Source of the DNA: a bacterium
GTDB lineage: Bacteria > Hinthialibacterota > Hinthialibacteria > Hinthialibacterales > Hinthialibacteraceae
NCBI GenBank assembly: GCA_963663405.2
Contig: CAXXSM010000107.1
Span: 1-19,969 of the forward strand
Length of the DNA: 19,969 nt
Direction: 5' to 3'
Shown one piece after another: positions 16,911 to 19,969 of this stretch (positions are counted from its first letter, which is position 1; each line of letters begins with the position of its first letter). Made by a program: the position numbers and the translations under genes. The notes beneath the pieces are model-generated. The model worked only from the letters and a program-made list of their open reading frames with translations, was not told the DNA's origin and ran no database searches.

Positions 16911-18289
16911 GAATTTGTCTCTCCTCGTTGGATACGATCCATCTTGGCTTCGACCATTCTTGCCAGTTCTCCGAGATCATCACCAAAAAAATCCTTCGGC
17001 CAGTTGCTGATATCTCCATATTGATTGATTTCTAATTTTTCAATCGCTGAGGCGGCGTTTTCCATGCGGCAGAAATATAAGGCTGTTTTATCGGCGGAAA
17101 TTTTTTCTTCTGCGATTCTGCGTTGAAGGCGCCGCAAGAGATGTTCGCTGTGGCTTTCGAGAATTATTTGTATATTTCTTCTTGTAACGGCTTCGATGAA
17201 TACATCCGCTAAGCAGGCTTGCACGGATGGATGGAGATGAATCTCGGGTTGTTCTAAGATGAGGATCGAGCCTTCGGGGATATAATAACAAAGAACCAAA
17301 ACAGGAAGTATTTGAGAAACTCCAAAACCAACGTCAGTTATTAAAACTTCAGGACTTTTGGCTGTTTTCTTTACTCGCAATTCATAATCCTTCCGATTTT
17401 GGGCGATAGGTTTTAACGTGAAAGAATCGATCATGCCCATTTCTCGAAGCCAATAAGCGATTCTTTGCTCCACAGTCTGTTTGTGTTTTTTATATCCTGG
17501 AGAAAAGGTTTTACCCATACTTCGAGAAGAGAGAAGCGCAGAAATGGAATTTTCTCCCTTACTACCAATGTCATAAGGCTTTTCACCAGCCCATAGATAA
17601 CTTCTTTTGGGATATTCTCGAAGCGGTCCTAAATAGATCATACTCTGAAACAATTTCTCAAATGCGAGTACAAAATCAGAAAAAAAACTAAGATTTTGGT
17701 AATAGCCCGTTAATTCGTCTGGAAAGTCATAGGACTTAAATGGTGAAGGTAAAGACCATGGACGACCAGGATTTCTTTTTGCTATAAAGTTTTCTGAAAT
17801 TAGGTCATATTGATTTTTCTTTTCAAAATTAGATTTACGTTCCATTCCAAATTTAATATTTATATTATTTTGATCACTAAAGGAATAATAAAATTGTTTG
17901 ACAATAGGGCGCTCATCGTAATTTCCAATTGTAGTGTTAAAAGATACATAATTAGACCTTGCTGAATAAGCTGTTTTACTTTCTGGAGAAATAAGTAAAT
18001 ACCTAAACGAAAAATCCCATGATAGGCTAATATCAAGAGACACTCCAGTTTTATGCCCATGAATTAAATCGTAAAAAGTACCCAAATCCACAAGAGATTT
18101 ATCATCACCTGTGTGGAGAACACGGCTGCGGTCGGATGATTCGGTTGTTTGTTTCAGCATCAGGAGTAATTGAATAATGCTTGATTTTCCCGAACTGTTT
18201 GTTCCGAAAAAGCCAGTGAGTGGAGCCAGTTTCAATTTCGTTGTGTCTTTCCAAGATTTGAAATTGATGGCTTGCAATTCGGTAATCAT
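16907..18289 (-). CDS. ABC-superfamily soluble ATPase (AAA_15/AAA_21 type with DUF3696-like C-terminus)
   Basis: NFKSW, Walker A GTNSSGKSS, YLGPLR, signature VGFGVSQILP, Walker B ILILEQPEIHLHP, H-loop LESHSEHLL, C-terminal G.ISNWPKDFFG. No TM segments. RBS AGAGGA. Confidence 0.88.
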   Translation of the reverse strand: MITELQAINFKSWKDTTKLKLAPLTGFFGTNSSGKSSIIQLLLMLKQTTESSDRSRVLHTGDDKSLVDLGTFYDLIHGHKTGVSLDISLSWDFSFRYLLISPESKTAYSARSNYVSFNTTIGNYDERPIVKQFYYSFSDQNNINIKFGMERKSNFEKKNQYDLISENFIAKRNPGRPWSLPSPFKSYDFPDELTGYYQNLSFFSDFVLAFEKLFQSMIYLGPLREYPKRSYLWAGEKPYDIGSKGENSISALLSSRSMGKTFSPGYKKHKQTVEQRIAYWLREMGMIDSFTLKPIAQNRKDYELRVKKTAKSPEVLITDVGFGVSQILPVLVLCYYIPEGSILILEQPEIHLHPSVQACLADVFIEAVTRRNIQIILESHSEHLLRRLQRRIAEEKISADKTALYFCRMENAASAIEKLEINQYGDISNWPKDFFGDDLGELARMVEAKMDRIQRGETNS

Positions 18290-18326
18290 GACTCTGTCCT
18301 CTTCTCTTGTGGATTGGGAAAAATAC

Positions 18327-19207
18327 CTATTTTACCTTATCCTTCTTCCACCCTTCAAAATCTTCTTCGATATTCGGTGTCCATTTGCGGTCGATTTCGC
18401 CGGGGGTGTATTTGCCTTCGCGGAGCCGTTGGTGGCCGAATTCGTCGCGGAGGCGGACATCTTCGGAGCGGGTTACGACTTTCTCCGCCAAGTGTGGGGG
18501 GATGAAGATGATTCCTTCGCGGCGTCCTAAGACTACATCGCCGGGCATGACGGTTGCATGGCCGATGCGGATCGGAATATTGATACCCATCAAGGTTACA
18601 TCAGCGATTCCTGTTGGATCGACGCCGCGTATGAATGTGCTGAAATTGGGGATTTCAAAGATCCCGTCTAAATCGCGGATGCCCCCATCGATCACCATAC
18701 CGGTTTTGCTGCGGGTATAGATCGCGGTGGCGAGATTGTCTCCCGCGTAGGTTCCTTCTTTGATCTTTCCAAACAGGTCCACAACGATTACGTCATTTTT
18801 GACCAACGTGTCAATCACCCAGGAGTTTTGCGCGCCAATCCGGTTGTCTTTTTCCCCCAATTCATTTGTTGTTTTGATGAACGTCCGGACGCTGGGGCAT
18901 GAAGGCTGCGGTCACTGCGCGTCCCACAAGGATCCGATCCGGGTGAAGGTTCATCCAATCCCCTTCAAATTGATGATGGTAACCATTTCGGCGGAGAACA
19001 CTCCAGGCTTCCTCGATCGTGACTTTTTTTCATGCGTTCTAGAATATCGTCCGGCACGCGGGGGCGCCCATCTTCAAAACGTTCGTATGGATTCTGCTGT
19101 GTATAGAGAATCCGTTGTTCTTTTGAGAGTGCGCCGTACTGCGCGAACGCGGGCCATGCGGTAAGGAATGTAAGCGCGATGATTAATGGCAGTTTTTTTG
19201 TAAACAT
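18327..19207 (-). CDS. RraA/HMG-aldolase family protein with N-terminal signal peptide; two apparent +1 indels
   Basis: ORF 19207-18965 has a signal peptide (..AWPAFA/Q) and RFEDGRPRVPDDILERMK. Removing one T at 19024-19030 gives VTIEEAWSVL...ILVGRAVTAAFMPQRPD. Removing one T at 18872-18875 joins ORF 18860-18327 (VIVVD, GDNLAT, VIDGGIRD, VMPGDVVLG..EGIIFIP). Confidence 0.85.
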
Positions 19208-19231
19208 AGTATTACCTCAGTTATAGATTTG

Positions 19232-19969
19232 TTAACTCCACAAGCGGTCGTGGGATTGGATTTCATCCCATTCGGGTGTCGGTTCGAAATAGCCGGGAGA
19301 ATGTAAGTGTTTTTTGACTTCTTCGTCATTCAATTCAATTCCCAAACCAGGTGTTTCGGGAACGGGAATGAATCCATTTTGAACGATCGGTTTCGATACA
19401 CCCGTCACCAGATTGTCCCACCAAGGGATGTCGACGGAATGATTTTCGAGCGCCATAAAGTTCTGTGTGGCGGCGGCGCAGTGCACATTCGCCATGCATG
19501 ATATGGGCGTGCCGGCGAAATGCATCGCCATAGCCACTCCTTGTTCTTCCGCATAATCACCGATTTTTTTCGTTTCGAGGATTCCACCGGCGGTGGCCAA
19601 ATCGGGGTGAATCATATCCACGGCCTTGGCGTCAACGAGTTTATTGAATTCTTCTTTTAGATAAATGTCTTCACCAGTAAGTGTAGGCACATCGATGGCG
19701 TCGGTGATTTTCTTCCATAAATCTGTGAATTCCCATGGGATCATATCTTCGAGCCAAGCGAGTTGGTACGGTTCGAGGGCTTTTCCAAGACGGATGCAGC
19801 TATTGATTCCAATATGCCCGAAATGATCGGCGGCCAAGGGAATTTCATAACCGATGATTTTACGGATTTGGGCCACGTAATCCGCCATGATTTGCAGGCC
19901 TTTGTCCGTGATTTCGATACCGGTAAATGGATGTTTTGTGTTACGATAGCCGTATTGACTGGAAGGGCG
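19232..19969 (-). CDS. Mandelate racemase/muconate lactonizing enzyme (enolase superfamily) protein, probable acid-sugar dehydratase; 5'-partial
   Basis: Frame is open to the window end (RPSSQYGYRNTKHPFTGIEITDKGLQIMADYV...). Metal ligands in PLAADHFGH, WLEDMIP and TGEDIY. Also HPDLATAGG, AMHFAG and VPETPGLGIELN. Confidence 0.9.
   Translation of the reverse strand, partial: RPSSQYGYRNTKHPFTGIEITDKGLQIMADYVAQIRKIIGYEIPLAADHFGHIGINSCIRLGKALEPYQLAWLEDMIPWEFTDLWKKITDAIDVPTLTGEDIYLKEEFNKLVDAKAVDMIHPDLATAGGILETKKIGDYAEEQGVAMAMHFAGTPISCMANVHCAAATQNFMALENHSVDIPWWDNLVTGVSKPIVQNGFIPVPETPGLGIELNDEEVKKHLHSPGYFEPTPEWDEIQSHDRLWS

Noticed and set aside
19024-19030. A7 run in rraA as a slippage or phase-variation site
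   Set aside because: A second independent indel at 18872-18875 is also needed to restore the gene, so sequencing error is more parsimonious.
276-19587. Numerous 60-185 aa alternative-frame and antisense ORFs in the track
   Set aside because: They overlap well-supported genes and show no motifs, so they are treated as shadow ORFs, except fragments used to rebuild frameshifted genes.

Overview
Bacterial genomic window of moderate GC with about 19 genes and no rRNA, tRNA, CRISPR array or recognisable mobile element. Left to right: (i) the 3' part of an O-antigen-ligase/TPR membrane protein gene coupled to a LolD-like ABC ATPase; (ii) a divergent myo-inositol catabolic cluster (iolG and iolE on the minus strand; iolD, a transaldolase-family gene, iolB and a sugar-binding lipoprotein on the plus strand) with no iolC, iolJ, iolA or iolR in the window; (iii) a CbiX/SirB chelatase; (iv) a CHASE4-HAMP histidine kinase, a stand-alone receiver protein and a cytidylate-kinase-like protein; (v) an alpha/beta-hydrolase lipoprotein and a YhcH-family protein; (vi) a coupled ABC-type (DUF3696-like) ATPase plus PIN-like nuclease pair that looks like an antiphage module; (vii) a signal-peptide-bearing RraA-family protein and an enolase-superfamily enzyme running off the end. 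Five genes are broken by indels, nearly all single-base gains in homopolymers, most likely long-read consensus errors. The two best leads are the atypical transaldolase in the iol operon, which could support a kinase-independent inositol pathway, and the ATPase-PIN cassette with an AT-rich central segment.
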